A stretch of 63,545 nucleotides of DNA, counting the filler, from Octopus bimaculoides (taxonomy: Eukaryota): NCBI RefSeq assembly GCF_001194135.2. It is 7 parts of 7 records of this genome, joined end to end, with 100 filler letters (N's around TTAATTAATTAA, not from the genome) between each part and the next. Parts side by side here need not be neighbours in the genome. Positions count along the whole stretch, not along the records: positions 24,534 to 51,871 come from NC_069008.1; 6 more parts are not named here. One strand, written 5' to 3'. Each line of letters starts with the position of its first letter. Positions within the stretch are counted from its first letter, which is position 1. The position numbers and the translations under genes were made by a program. Below, in pieces: positions 25,321 to 38,415 of the stretch. The notes beneath the pieces are model-generated. The model was not told the DNA's origin. It worked only from the letters and a program-made list of their open reading frames with translations, and did not search any database.

Positions 25321-26279
25321 ACCTGAAATCTTCAGTTTCCGGAGGTCGTTCTTCATTACTTCATCTCATCCCTTCGTGGGTCTCCCTCTTCCACGTGTTC
25401 CACCCACTCTGAGATAATGCAGTTCTGGCAATATTTAATAGAAATATTCAATAATGATACTTGCAGTAGCAACAAATGAAAGCAGTGTGCTGCTAAGCAA
25501 ACACCACCCAAACACATAGGGGTGTTGTCATAAATCAGCAAACACTGAAAGTATCATAGCATCGATCTACCTGCAGAATTCTACCAATCACTCAAGCAAT
25601 ATGATTATAACATCAAGACATGGGTATCACTTTCTTTAAGTTAATTTTATTAAACAATATTACAAAAATTCTCTTATAAATAGTGCTTTCACTGGTAAAT
25701 TAATTTTGGTAGAGTTAATTTTTGGTAGAGTTCAGAAAACACGAATCAAAAATACTATGCTCAGAAGGGTCTTAATTTACACCCCACACAAGAAAAATCA
25801 ATATTGGTAATTTGGTTACAAATTTTGGCACAAGGCTCACAATTTCAGGGAAGGCAGTGCTCAGCTTAATTCATTGACATGAAAAGGATGAAAGGCAAAG
25901 TTGACCTCATTGGAATTTGAACTCAGAATGTAAGGATGGATGAAATGCTGCTAAGCATTTTGCCTGGCATAGAAACGATTCTACCAGCTCGCCACCTTAA
26001 TCAATATTGATAATATTGATTATTGATACATTTTTCTGTGAAGTGTTTACTAAAACCTGAATTTTGATGCAGATACAGTTACTTTTTATTATGAATACCT
26101 ATATGCATCAGACAATTTTAATCAACAAATACTATGCTCAGAAAGTTTTAATTTACATCCTACACAAGAAGAAAAATCAATATTGATAATTTGGCATCAA
26201 ATTTTGTCACAAAGCCATCAAGTTTTTATTGCTACATTTCTCTGTGAAATATTTACAACCTGAATTTTGATGCAGATAG

Positions 26280-26867
26280 TTACTTTTTAGTATGAATACT
26301 TATATGCGTAGTTAAGTGGCCTTTTTCAGAGAATGACTTGCTACAGATATCACACTGATATGGCTTCTCCCCTGTATGAACTCGTTTGTGTCTAGCTAAG
26401 TGATGATTATGAGAGAATGATTTACCGCAGATATCACAGTGATATGATTTCTCTCCTGTATGTATACGTTTGTGTATAGTCAAGTTAGGATTATGAGAAA
26501 ATGATTTACCACAAACATCACAGGGATATGGTTTCTCACCTGTATGAATGCGTATGTGAATGGTCAAGTCACCACTCCCAGAGAATGATTTACCACAAAC
26601 ATCGCATTCATAAGGCTTCTCCCCTGTATGAATGCGTACATGTTTAGTTAAGGTATTTCCTCCAGAGAACGATTTCCCACAGATGTTACAGTGATATGGT
26701 TTCTCTCCTGTATGAATACGTTTGTGCCGGGTGAGATTACCTCTTTGAGAGAATGTTTTTTTACAGATATCACATAAATATGAAGTTTTACCAATTTCCT
26801 TCTTTGTATCAGCAGAATAATTAATACTTTTACATATAATCTTGTTTTCACATAATTCATTTGCCAT
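26280..26867 (-). CDS. C2H2 zinc-finger protein, 6 tandem fingers, 195 aa, no recognisable effector domain
   Basis: Intact ORF with six CX2CX12HX3H fingers and TGEKP linkers. Confidence 0.9.
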   Translation of the reverse strand: MANELCENKIICKSINYSADTKKEIGKTSYLCDICKKTFSQRGNLTRHKRIHTGEKPYHCNICGKSFSGGNTLTKHVRIHTGEKPYECDVCGKSFSGSGDLTIHIRIHTGEKPYPCDVCGKSFSHNPNLTIHKRIHTGEKSYHCDICGKSFSHNHHLARHKRVHTGEKPYQCDICSKSFSEKGHLTTHISIHTKK

Positions 26868-27545
26868 AATTATTCTTTTCTCAAAAAAAGAAAACAGATG
26901 GTTTTCTTTTTTTCTGATTTTATATTCTATTCTGTAGAACTATTGAACACCTTAACATTCAAATAACTCCATCAAATACAATGCTTATTTAATCAGATTG
27001 TTTTGAATTAATCATGTATTATCTCATAACTAAGATTTTGAAGATGTGACTGTTTATTTTTAGGATAGCATTGTAGGGTAGGTGTGAAAGGCTTGATCAG
27101 GCCATTTTGAACAATGAAACAAATAGACTGTTTTGACCAGATATGGCCAGCTTAAATGGTAAAGGGTTAAACTATGATTGTATTTTCAACAACTGTGTTC
27201 CTTTTTTTTTTTTTTATACATACAAAAACACTGCACACCTTTTTAATAATCCAAAATTAATTGGAGTGAAAAATCATTCTGCCATTTTGTAAGCATTCTA
27301 GACAATGAAATAAAGAACTATCGTTATTAATCTGAGCTCAGAAGAAATATTTCAACATTAATTTACCATAAATTTATATAAACAAGGCTATGTCCATTCT
27401 GTGTAACATTTACTGATGATGTATCGAAGTAATCAATTCTTTGATACCAGTGTCAGCTGATGATCTGAAATAATAAAGGAACAAAGTGTAAGATATAGAG
27501 TATACTTAAAAAGTGAAAGATACATCTGTGGAAATTTTATTATTC

Positions 27546-27601
<56 letters not shown>

Positions 27602-27639
27602 TATATATATATATATATACACATATATACAAATAAATG

Positions 27640-28080
27640 AAAACTGTTGCATCAAGAAGTGCCAAGCTCTAATTGTGGAGGGAATGTGTGGAAAGGGTAA
27701 ACCCAAGAAGATGTGGGACTAAGTGGTGAGAAAGGATCTTCAGATGTTGGGCTTCATAGAGGGGATGGCAAGGGACCAAAACTTCCGGTAGTTTGTTGTG
27801 CTAAGTGAATACATGGTTGTCTCCTGCAGCCCTTTTCAACTGAGAGTTCCTAATCTTGCAGACTTGTGGGTGTCAGTCCCACATAAAAAGCACCAAAGCC
27901 AGTGTTGTGTAAAAGCATGCAGTACACTCTATAAAGTGGTTGGCATTAGGAAGAGTATCCAGCCATAGAAACCATGCAAAAGCAGAGATGGAGCCCAAGC
28001 AGCTCGCCAGCCGACCAGCTCCTGTCAATCCGTCCAACCCATGCCAATATGGAAAATGGATGTTAAATGTGTTGATGATA
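27640..28080 (+). mobile_element. RTE LINE 3' end
   Basis: CIKKCQALIVEGMCGKGKPKKMWD plus the same 3' UTR as 31450-31935. Confidence 0.75.
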
Positions 28081-29194
28081 TACATGTGTGTAGTTGTGTA
28101 AATAAATAAATACACACATTTGAGTAAATAATTTCATAGGTATCATAAAAAAAACTGGCACTCCGTCAGTTACGATGATGAGGGTTCCCGGTGACCCAAT
28201 CAACAGAACAGCCTGTTTGTGAAATTAATGTGCAAGTGGCTGAACACTCCACAGCATATGTACCCTTAACATAGTTCTCAGGGAGATTCAGCATGATGCA
28301 GAGTGTGACAATGCTGGCCCCTTTAAAATACAATGCTGCCCATTTCACATGACTTTATTCATTAAAACTTATTAAAACTTCAGAAGTTCTGTCAACTTTG
28401 GTCATCGTAATGCTTTGCTTTTATCTGTTTCATAAAAATTCCACCTTATAATGATTTTGCTTTCATTTTGTGATAGACAGCTATCATGCAGAAAATGCCA
28501 GCTTCCAAATCCTGTTTTCCGATAAGGTAAAATTGATTAAACTTTAAACCTCTGAAACATTTTTCTGTAATTTTTCTGGAACAATTAAATAACAAAATCG
28601 GATTTAATGTAGAAAATTATTTCAATATACCAAATTTAAAAATTCTGACTTACCCTACAGAAGTAAAGAGACAGTTATAGGATGTGACACATACACACAC
28701 ACAAGTGTACATATGTATATATGTATGTATGTGAGCCACCTGGGAACAATTGTTGTCAACTTACCCCCTCTCTCCTTAAAGCTACATATTTCTCACACCC
28801 ACCTTTCTTTCCCTTCGTCAGTCTTTTAAAAGTTAGTTGTGTATACATATATCTATATATTTATGAAAATATGTATGCAGCATCGTGTGTGTATCCCTGA
28901 ATGACAGCTGTTTTAATGTTACCACCCCACTGCTTCTCCATATTTGTCACTTACACAACTCACCTTCCCTGATATCAGTCACAGACTCTATGCCACCACA
29001 TTTCCTTCACACTAACACTCTTGCACCCTTCTCATTTTATCAAGTAATAGCCCATCCTACCATTTCAATTTTATAAGTTAATAAGATTAAGAAGAGATTT
29101 AACCAAGACTAGAACCTAGTTCAGCTGTGTGCCACGAAGAAGTATTATCGATGCAATCTTCTTGCAATAAAATCACTTAGCTAACCTCTATTCC

Positions 29195-29450
29195 AAGCAA
29201 TGATCTCCTTGGTGAAAGCCTTTGATAGGGTCCCATACTCTGTTATCTGGAGGCTGCTAAATAAAGTAAAGAAAGATAACTGACTTATAAGAACAATACA
29301 AACCATGTATCGAGATGCAATCAATAAATGTGAGACCACAGTGAGTTTAGCATGAAACAGAGTAAAGAGGAAGGTATGGTGCCTTTATGTGCAAATATGG
29401 CAAAACTAACATGAAAAAGATGAAGGCTGGAGTGTAAAATATGTCTACTT
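29195..29450 (+). mobile_element. RTE-type LINE RT fragment
   Basis: LVKAFDRVPYSVIWRLLNK. Confidence 0.65.
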
Positions 29451-30904
29451 TTGAACCACTCATCTGCAGTGGATCTGAATATGCAATGTCTCCTCTTAAC
29501 AGCCCTATCACACTGTTGTCATAATTTCTTGTTACAACTGTATAATAATTCTTTCTACTATAGGTACAACGCCTGAGAGTTTGGTGGGGAGGGAGCTAAT
29601 CAATTACATCAACCCTAGTGTATTACTGGTACATGCTTCATTGACCTTAAAAGGATGAAAGGCAAAGACGATCTCAGCAGAATTTGAACTCAGAAACTAA
29701 GGACAGACAACTGTGTAATAATGTCATTATGAGAAATTGCATCTGACCATATTTGATACACTCTACTAACTCCTTTCTGCACTCCCTCTACCATATCCCC
29801 CCTCTCTCTCTCTTATTGTTCCCCAGCTCAATTAGCGACCCTACTAGTGTTGATGCCTTGATAAAATGCACTTGGTACACTCAGTAAAATTCTTGGGGGA
29901 TAGAGACCAGGTAGGGTCAAAGGGATGCTTTATGCTTATTAAGGACATGAAAACTCAAGTGTTGGTCTCACTACAAAATGAGGCATTTAGTAACAGTGTC
30001 ATAAGTGCCACCCCAGCCAATTCGGGGGTTAGTATATTATTTTCATTGTCTTGACATCTAAACTCAAAAAAAATTGGGAGGAAGAACCGGTAAGGCTTGC
30101 AATAAGGTCGAAAATCTGGCTGAAAATATTGTATCTTGACACTCAACCACCCAAACTTGGACCAAAGAGTTTAGTAAGACACCATCCTAAGCACACATGC
30201 TCAATCAATAACTTTGGTGTGGTCCCTGTATCATTTTTCAAGGTGTTATGACTCATTTTCTAATATTCCTCATTACCATCATAACGATAATGAGCTATTA
30301 TCTTACTATCTTGTCTTACTTACCTCTTAAAGATACTTACCTTGGTATATTAAAACACAAACCATACTTTTGTGGGATTTCTATGTTTTTGCTAAATATT
30401 ATGGCTAAAATATGCAATGCGATACTCCATTTTGTAGTACTGGTATATTCTACAAAATGAGAAAGGTGCAGTCATTGTTACATCCTTCAGATGCATACAT
30501 AGGTGGAATGATTAGAGAAAGTCTTTGCGGACATTTTAAGACCAAAACCAGCTTCCTAACTTCATTCCTTGCTGAGATATTGCATTCTGAAAGCTGCAAA
30601 ACTTTGCGTTTTTCTCGGTTTTTAAGCTGAGGCGCTTACAACGGTCTGTTACTAAATGCCTCAAATGTACACAGTACTCTCTATTACATAGTTGATGTAA
30701 AGAAGGACATCCAGTTATAGAAACCATTCCAAATTAGGACTTGTGAACAAGATGCGATTCCAAATAAGAACAAACTCAGACTGTAACAATCCATTCAACC
30801 CATACAAGCAGGGAAACAAACATAACCAGTGGTGGTGGTGGTGACGATGATGATAAATATATATTTTTTTTCCATGACTTTGTTTCATATTAGATATTCA
30901 TTTA

Positions 30905-31105
30905 CTTGTTTCAGTCATTTGAATACGGCCATGCTGGAGCACTCCCTTAAAGGGTTTTAGTTAACGCAATCGACCCCAGGACTTATTCTTTTTAAGCCTA
31001 GTACTTATTATATCAGTCATTTTTGCCAATCTGCTAAGTTAAGGGGACATAAACACACCAGCATCGGTTGTCAAGTGGTGGAGGGGAAGGACAAACACAC
31101 ACACG

Positions 31106-31156
<51 letters not shown>

Positions 31157-31210
31157 CAGGCTTCTGGCAGTTTCCATATACCAAATCCACTCACACGCCT
31201 GAGACTATAG
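30905..31210 (-). mobile_element. SINE family A
   Basis: Reverse complement of the family A 3' half. Confidence 0.75.
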
Positions 31211-31449
31211 AACAACACACCTGCCCAAGGTTTGGATTTTGCAATGTGAACACTAGTGATTTTGATTTTGCCTGGGGTTTGGCAAATGTGTCTATCGATT
31301 GCAGGATATCATTCTTCTCTTGTTCTTTTTCTTTAACTCAAATTGTTTTGATCCATATATTGGAACATATATTTTATATATTTTCAATTAATCCTTTCAA
31401 AAACAATGTGTTGCAAGTAATTAAACTGAGCATTTACCATCCATAATTT

Positions 31450-31935
31450 TTCCACAGGTATGACAGACTGTAAGCATCTTAAAAGAAAAATTAGGTATAA
31501 GAAGCATCAGCTGTGGTATGCCAGAGAGAAGACTATGCTGGTATGGTCATGTGATGCATATGGACAAGGACAGCTGTGTAAAGAAGTGCCGATCTCTGTG
31601 GAGGGAACCTGTGGAAGAGGTAGACCCAGGAAGGCATGAGATGAGGTGGTGAAGCATGATCTTCAGATGTTGATTCTCATGGAGGTGATGACGAGGGACT
31701 GAGACTTCCAATGATTTGCTGTGATTGAGAAGACATGTCAAGCTAAAGTGAAATTAAAGTTATGGCCAGTGCCAATGACATATAAAAGGCAGCCGGTACA
31801 TTCTTGGTTGGCATTATCCAGCCACAGAAACCAAGCCAAATCAGGCTGGAGCCTGGTACAGCACTCTGGCTAACCAGTCCCAGTCAAACCATCTAACCCA
31901 TGCCAACACGGAAAACGAACACTAAATGATGACAA
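31450..31935 (+). mobile_element. RTE LINE 3' end (ORF C-terminus and 3' UTR)
   Basis: RRLCWYGHVMHMD..CVKKC..GRGRPRK motif followed by the common 3' UTR ending in GAT-type repeats. Confidence 0.8.
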
Positions 31936-32265
31936 TGATTTGTTGAGCAGTTTTAATGAAGAATATTTCACTAAGACTAGTTATGCACTCTGTGGAGTAT
32001 TAATATCTCGTATTACTTAGTATGGATATTCCTACGAAGTCAAATCAATGTTGAACATTTTCAAGTATTTTCTCCTAAAATAGTTCCATCTAGTTGGGTA
32101 TAGAAGTACCTGTTTTCCAAGATACTTGTTCACTCCAAGTAGTTTTATATTCAATCCCATGAGACTGTGAGCCACAGTAAGATTCTGTCTCTAGCCATCA
32201 CCTGAAAGGAAATTCAACTTTTGATTCTATTTTATTTTACTGGAGTCTCCCATAGACATTTGGTG

Positions 32266-32498
32266 TTGAACCCTTTAGCATTCAGATTAATCTGTCAAAT
32301 GTAATGCTTATTTATTCACATTGTTTTGAATTAAGCATGCATTAATCTTGTAGCATTCAGAGATTTCAATGAAGTGATTGCATAGTTTTAGAATGACATT
32401 GTAGGAAAGGTATGAGAGGCTGAATCTAGCCAGTTTTGAACATAAAACAGAGAGAATATTTGAGCCAAATATGGCCAGTTTAAATGCTAAAGGGTTAA
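32266..32498. mobile_element. piggyBac-type MITE
   Basis: aaccctttagca..tgctaaagggttaa. Confidence 0.7.
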
Positions 32499-32546
32499 CA
32501 AAAGTTTCATTTTCTTATAATTAAATATTCTTAGGAATTAGTTAAC

Positions 32547-32930
32547 ACAGGCGTAGCTGTGTGGTAAGAAGCTTGCTTCCCAACCATATGGTTCCAAGTT
32601 CAGTTTCATTGCATGGCACCTTGGGGAAATGTCTTCTACTATAACCTTAGACCAACCAAAACCTTGTGAGTGGATTTGGTAGATGGAAACTGAAAGAAGC
32701 CAGTTGTGTATATATGTGTTTGTGTGTGTGTGTTTGTCCCCCATCACTACTTGACAGCCAGTGCTGATGTGTTTACATTCTCGTAACTTAGTTCAATAAA
32801 GAGACCAACAGAATAAGCATCAGGCTTTAAAAGAATATAGATATAACTACAGGGATCGATTCATTTGACTAAAAATTCAAAGTGGTGCCCCCATCGTGGT
32901 CACAGTCTAATGGCTGAAACAAATAACTGT
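32547..32930 (+). mobile_element. SINE family A
   Basis: Similar to 8327-8746. Confidence 0.8.
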
Positions 32931-34964
32931 ATAGAAAAAAAATTATTGAAATATTTTGTGTATTGTAGAAGTATAACCAATTTATATGAACCCCAGTTGA
33001 GAACCTCTACTGTACAGACTTATGGTACAACTCCATATAATTCATAATTTATATATTTATTGGACATGTCTGGTGAAAAAACACCTTGCTAAGAGAAATT
33101 AAAATGTACCCTGTGGAGCACATTTTAATCTTAATCTCTCTCTCTTTCTACATTTTCGACCCCTTTTTTATACTCTTTTCCTTTCTCATGAAGTGTGGAA
33201 CATCAAGGCACATTTATTTCAAAACTCCACCCAAAATTACAAAGTCATTTGATAGCTAGGGATATGCGACCATGAAGCTGAAGACGTTAGCAGAGTTGCA
33301 GGGGCGCTGGGCAAGATGTAGTGAGTTTTATGGATTTGTATTTGGAAGAGAATGTGTTAGCTTTGTATATAAAAAGGAGTAAACAGGACCAGCTAGAGAG
33401 AAAATAGAAACCAGGCTGGGAAATATTTTCTCAGAGAATGTGGTTTACAGTTGGTTGAAACAGAGAACTGATGAATGTATTCGTTAATGAGATCAGAAGG
33501 CTGGTGAGTCTGGTTTTGTTTATCGGAGAAACGTTGAGTGCTCTTTCGAACTTTGTATCTATAATATGGCAGGCAAAATGAAACAATCTGCACCGAGCAA
33601 GTTAAAGATAAACAAATAATAATCAGTAGAAAAATCATCAAAAATCGACAATAAGCTACTAATTGACATCAGGTTTGTATGTGCACTTATGTATGTATAT
33701 TCATAGCTATATAAAGTGTGTGTCCGTGCGAATAATTGTGCTGCATACCAAGATTGATTTTATAGGGTTTTTCCCCCCTGCGTATCTTCACCCAATTATG
33801 GCCTTCGTCTTATACACACATACACACTTACTAAACAAACAATTTTAATTAGTTATTAAACACTAAATTATGATATAATGAATTTGTAAATTATAAAGCC
33901 ACTACTTGATTTTAAAAAAGGTAATAATTAGCAATGAAATAAAATATGTAACAAAATAATGATAAAATCTTTGTCTAAAATGCATTTGGTTCATGTATTT
34001 TTCTTAAAAATTAATTAACTAAAATACAATAATTAAACAGTATAGTAGTGTCAAATGCAATTGACGAATGTCGTGAAAGATTTAACACATTTAAAAAACA
34101 AAAACAAATCAACCGATTTTACGATTAAAACTTTATTATCGATTGGTGAGAATTTTCTGAAAGATTGTTTGTTTACCTTTCACTTTCGACTGGTGCTGTT
34201 TGTTTCGCTGTGTCCGTCGTATTATATAAACAAAAGTTACTCATGGAGTGGAAAATAATTGTCAAGCCAGGGGTCATAACTGTTTTCCCTAATCTCATTT
34301 CAGTGGGGCTGCAGCGGTTGCCGGACATTCAGACTAATTTTGTGGGGAATCTAGTGCCTAAAAAAAAAGATCGAGTAGTAAATACACTCAGACTGGCGTA
34401 AATATGGACTAAAATAATTCGATGTTTCTAATACTTACATATAACAATGTAGTGGAAATGTGGGGTGACCTGATGAGGTCAAAGTTGAAGTCCATAAGGT
34501 CACTGAAAATCTCGACACAACTTTTAACAACAGTTATTCATGTACAGTTGACACTTATTTTGCATATATAATATATATCTCTGACACATAATGAATTGTT
34601 GAAATTGCTTACAGCATATTTGTAAAATGACGTGAACATTTGAGACAAAGAAAAACAGCGCAATGAACTTTTGAATAGAAGTCAAAAAGAACGAGTCCAA
34701 CAAGTAGAGCCATCTGTCGGATAACTGAGACAATAAAGGGGAACAACTTCCACAACTTGAAACTATATCCTTAAAATGTTATCATTATTCTATTTCTTAC
34801 ATTACCGTTTTCAGAGGTAAACAAGAGAATCAGGCCCCTATAAACAGAAAATCAATGATTACATAGAAATGAAAACCTAAAACAACAGGAAATTTTATCT
34901 AATATAGTTTTTACAAAAGAAAGAAAGCGAATAAAAAGGAAAAAGAGAAGAAAGAAAAAAACAT

Positions 34965-35212
34965 TAATGCAGCACCAAGTGCTTCAGTTGGTCGCGCACC
35001 ATATGGTTCAATGGAACCTACTGAAGCAATTCAGCTTGCTCGCAACATTACCACGGGCGCTGGCGAGGCTAAGGCGTTGGAAAAGCCAACCTCCCTCACG
35101 AGCATCACCTGATACCTCGGTGAGACTTCGCCGTTAGTGACCCAGTCCCTCCAAACGTCTCAAACGCCACAGGCTGGAAGAGATAGTTCACTGCCAGGTC
35201 CCGATACTTTAG
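34965..35212 (-). mobile_element. CRE-clade-like non-LTR retrotransposon 3' fragment (restriction-like endonuclease C-terminus)
   Basis: KYRDLAVNYLFQPVAFETFGG then, after a frameshift, GDAREGGWLFQRLSLASARGNVAS, stop 35008-35010; resembles the KY..F.PVA.ET.G..QR.S.A.QRGNA motif. Confidence 0.75.
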
Positions 35213-36249
35213 GATTTTATAAATATATTTTTTCACAAACTCGAGTATGTTGTCACTTGTTTATTTTAGCCCTAGGAAGCGTTGATCGAGTAGATCTGTC
35301 ATTAGTGACACCTCACTCATGACCACCTTTTTTTTTTTATTTGGCAATTCTTCGGTATTTGTAGACGACATCATTCACCCACACAACCTTTCCTTATGAC
35401 AAATAAAGAGGCGAGGCAGAAACAGAGGGCGAATGATGTCGTCGCCTCATACCAACACTACATACCAATACCAAAGGATCGCCAAATATAGGGTGGTGGG
35501 TGCACTTTGCTTACAACAGTAAGTGGGACATGTTTGGAGCACGAAATGGTTACGACTAGAATACTCTTAAACAGATGGAATGGTCATGACAAGAACGTTT
35601 TAAAAAATAGAGAGAGGAAGACACACACCCACACACAAGTAATTTGCTACACAACACCAGACCAATTACTCGACAAGCTTGGGACTGGAAATGTCCCTGT
35701 TCTCTTGAGACAATATTATTACGATATATACTTAAAATATAAAATAAACTATGAAAAGTTACGAGCTAAATTGTGTTTAACAGATTCAAATTAATAGACT
35801 TCTAAAGCAGGATCTATTTGATATTTATTAATCCCTCTGAAATGTATCATATTGCACTATGTATGCAGTATAATATTTATAACAAGAAAATTAAATGGAG
35901 AAAAAAACAGACATGATTTTATTTATCAGATACACAAATTAATACACTTCTCTGTTGTCAATCCACGTTAAAAAAAAAAGTAAAGAACAAAACTAGTTTT
36001 ATTGCACTGCATGTTAATTGACCTGCTTCAAAAATAGGGTTTGTTTACTCAATATAGGGCAGGGCTCCACAACCAGTGTGCCAAAAGACGATACTAAGTG
36101 TACCACAGTGTAACCTGAATATAATTTTTTCCCCTATACTTTTAGTTATATTTTTAGTTCAGGTGTGACACTAAATTTTGAAAAGAATTTAAGTGTACTG
36201 CAAGTGAAAAAAGGTCGCAGTGCTCTCACACCTGTGCCTATATGATGAA

Positions 36250-36627
36250 AGAAATTTTGTTTTTGCTATGTATATAGACCCTGGAATTTCATTGGTTATC
36301 TAAAAGATGCAATTTTTTAAGTGAGTACATTGATCATCTTTTTAGCTTGTTCATATAGGGTCTGGTTTTAGAAAGTATCTTTTGATTGAGGTAGTTGATC
36401 ATGTCCTCAAGTCTACAGATCAATGTCAACAGGGTTGTTGTATGTCTCTTCTTGGAGTGCTTAAAAGCAGCAAGGTGGTTATTGTATCTGTATTTAAGTT
36501 TTCCGTTCATGGATCCTATATACCATTTGGTCTTCATCGAGCCAGTGCTATAGTGTGCCATTACCTGTATCTCATAAACAACAGAGGATATCTTGCATGG
36601 CTGTCCCGGAGTCAAACAAACTTGCAA
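36250..36627 (-). mobile_element. Penelope-like element GIY-YIG endonuclease fragment
   Basis: SVVYEIQV..KWYIGSMNGKLKYRYNNHLAAF matches the PLE GIY-YIG pattern (VVY..YIG..RYNNH). Confidence 0.8.
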
Positions 36628-36681
36628 AAATTTTCTGAAAATTCAAAAAAATAAAATAATTTATGAGGTTATATGGGGTGC

Positions 36682-36910
36682 TTAACCCTTTTGATACCAA
36701 CCCAGCTGAAACCAGCTCTGGCTCTGTAGTACAAATGTCTATTTACAAAAGTTCTGAATTACAATTTTCCACCAAACCTTAGTCACAATTTATGTTCCTA
36801 ACACTAGCTTAATGATAACTAAGTTATTTTATTAAATTCTTTGTTATATTTTAAATTAATTGAAAGAAACACAGAGCATCTCAACAGAAATATGATAACA
36901 AAAGAGTTAA
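36682..36910. mobile_element. piggyBac-type MITE, second subfamily
   Basis: ttaacccttttgatacca..aaaagagttaa with TTAA at both ends; similar start at 3588. Confidence 0.65.
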
Positions 36911-37610
36911 ACCAGAATTCTGCCCAATTTTGTTGGTTTGGAGCCTGTGGTACTATGATGAAGAGAGACTTGGGGTTTCAAATTCTTGAAATATTAACAT
37001 AAAGCTACACAATGTGTAGAGATGGTGTACAAGGTTTTGATCAACAATGTTCACTTTATAATAATAATTGAGATTTATAATTGTGGCAAAGCTGGATCTG
37101 ATGTTAATGAGAAGTCTTTTAAATTGAAATGACAAATCAGCTGACAGATCGGTAGTTTTAAAATGAAACGTTTGTCTCAACAAATTGTCCTGAAGTACAT
37201 TTTGAATTCCAGCACATTATATTTTTGATGGTGAGTTTTGTGTCAATGCTAAGTTTTAGAAGATTTAGTATGTGTGGTTTGTGGGACAGTTGGTTGCTAT
37301 TTTTATCAGATAGGATCCGTACCATGTTAATGTCTCCTCGTTGGCTTTTATATGTACGTGTGTTTTTATGAGTCGTTACAGGAGATTTGGCTGCTGTTTC
37401 TAACAGGTCTACTTACCATAGTGTTGTTCTCGATCTTATTTACTTCGTAACACAGTGGAGATCAGATAAAACTATTACTGGTGCACTTCTCATGGAGGTT
37501 TAAAAAATTCACACTGTTTTAAGGTTAAAAATTTAGAAAAGAACACCAAGAAGAAAACTATTTTATTAATCATATTAATGAAAAGATGAGCCCAAATGGG
37601 TGCCGGTGTA

Positions 37611-38001
37611 GTATGTGATCTGCATACATGTTTCTGGTATAGCTTGTGATCTACATTAGTTCAAACGGTATAGCTTGTGATCTACATTTAAAATTCATCT
37701 ATCTGCTTGACTTCCAGTTGATTTGGTATAGAAACCAAAAAAACTTTTATGATTTAAACACTTTTTGCCCTGAGCCCATTGAAAGAAGCCGTGATGAAAG
37801 CAAAAGAATTTTACACATAGGTTATTCGAGATGAAGAAGCTGCAATAGAATTTCTAAGATGCTATGAACTCCTTGATGAACATGGAGATATTTATCCATC
37901 TCTAATTATAATTGCTAATTTATAACAAAATTTCGAATGTTGGTCACAAGCTAGTCTAGATTTAAGTTGCTATAAATCACAATGACATGTAGATCACATA
38001 C
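37611..38001 (+). mobile_element. Possible Merlin/ISXO2-like non-autonomous derivative
   Basis: gtatgtgatct/agatcacatac inverted pair; duplicated ggtatagcttgtgatctacatt; IRDEEAAIEFL resembles the Merlin transposase N-terminus (from memory). Confidence 0.35.
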
Positions 38002-38029
38002 GACAGCAGCACCCCCAAATGTTTTATAG

Positions 38030-38415
38030 GCGCAGGTGTGGCTGTGATAAGAAGCTTGCTTCCCAACCACACGGTTCCAGGTTCAGTCCTAACTTGGGCA
38101 AGTACTATAGCCTCAGGCCAAACAAAGCCTTCTGAGTGAATCTGGTAGATAGAAACTGAGAGCAGCCCGTGATATGTATGTGTGTGTGTGTGTATATATT
38201 TGTGTCTTTGTGTCCCCTACCCCTACCATTGCTTGGCAACCGATGTTGGTGTGTTTACGTTCCCATAACTTAGCAGTTAGACAAAAGAGACCGATAGAAT
38301 AAGTACTAGGCTTACAAAGAATAAGTCCTGGGGTCAATTTCTTCGACTAAAGAACCCTTTAAAGTAGTGCTCCAGCATGGCCACTATCAAATAACTTAAA
38401 CAAGTAAAAGAATAG
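38030..38415 (+). mobile_element. SINE family A
   Basis: Similar to 8327-8746. Confidence 0.8.

Noticed and set aside
28800-28830. Hammerhead on the minus strand (CTGACGAAGGG)
   Set aside because: No closing stem II or GAAA downstream
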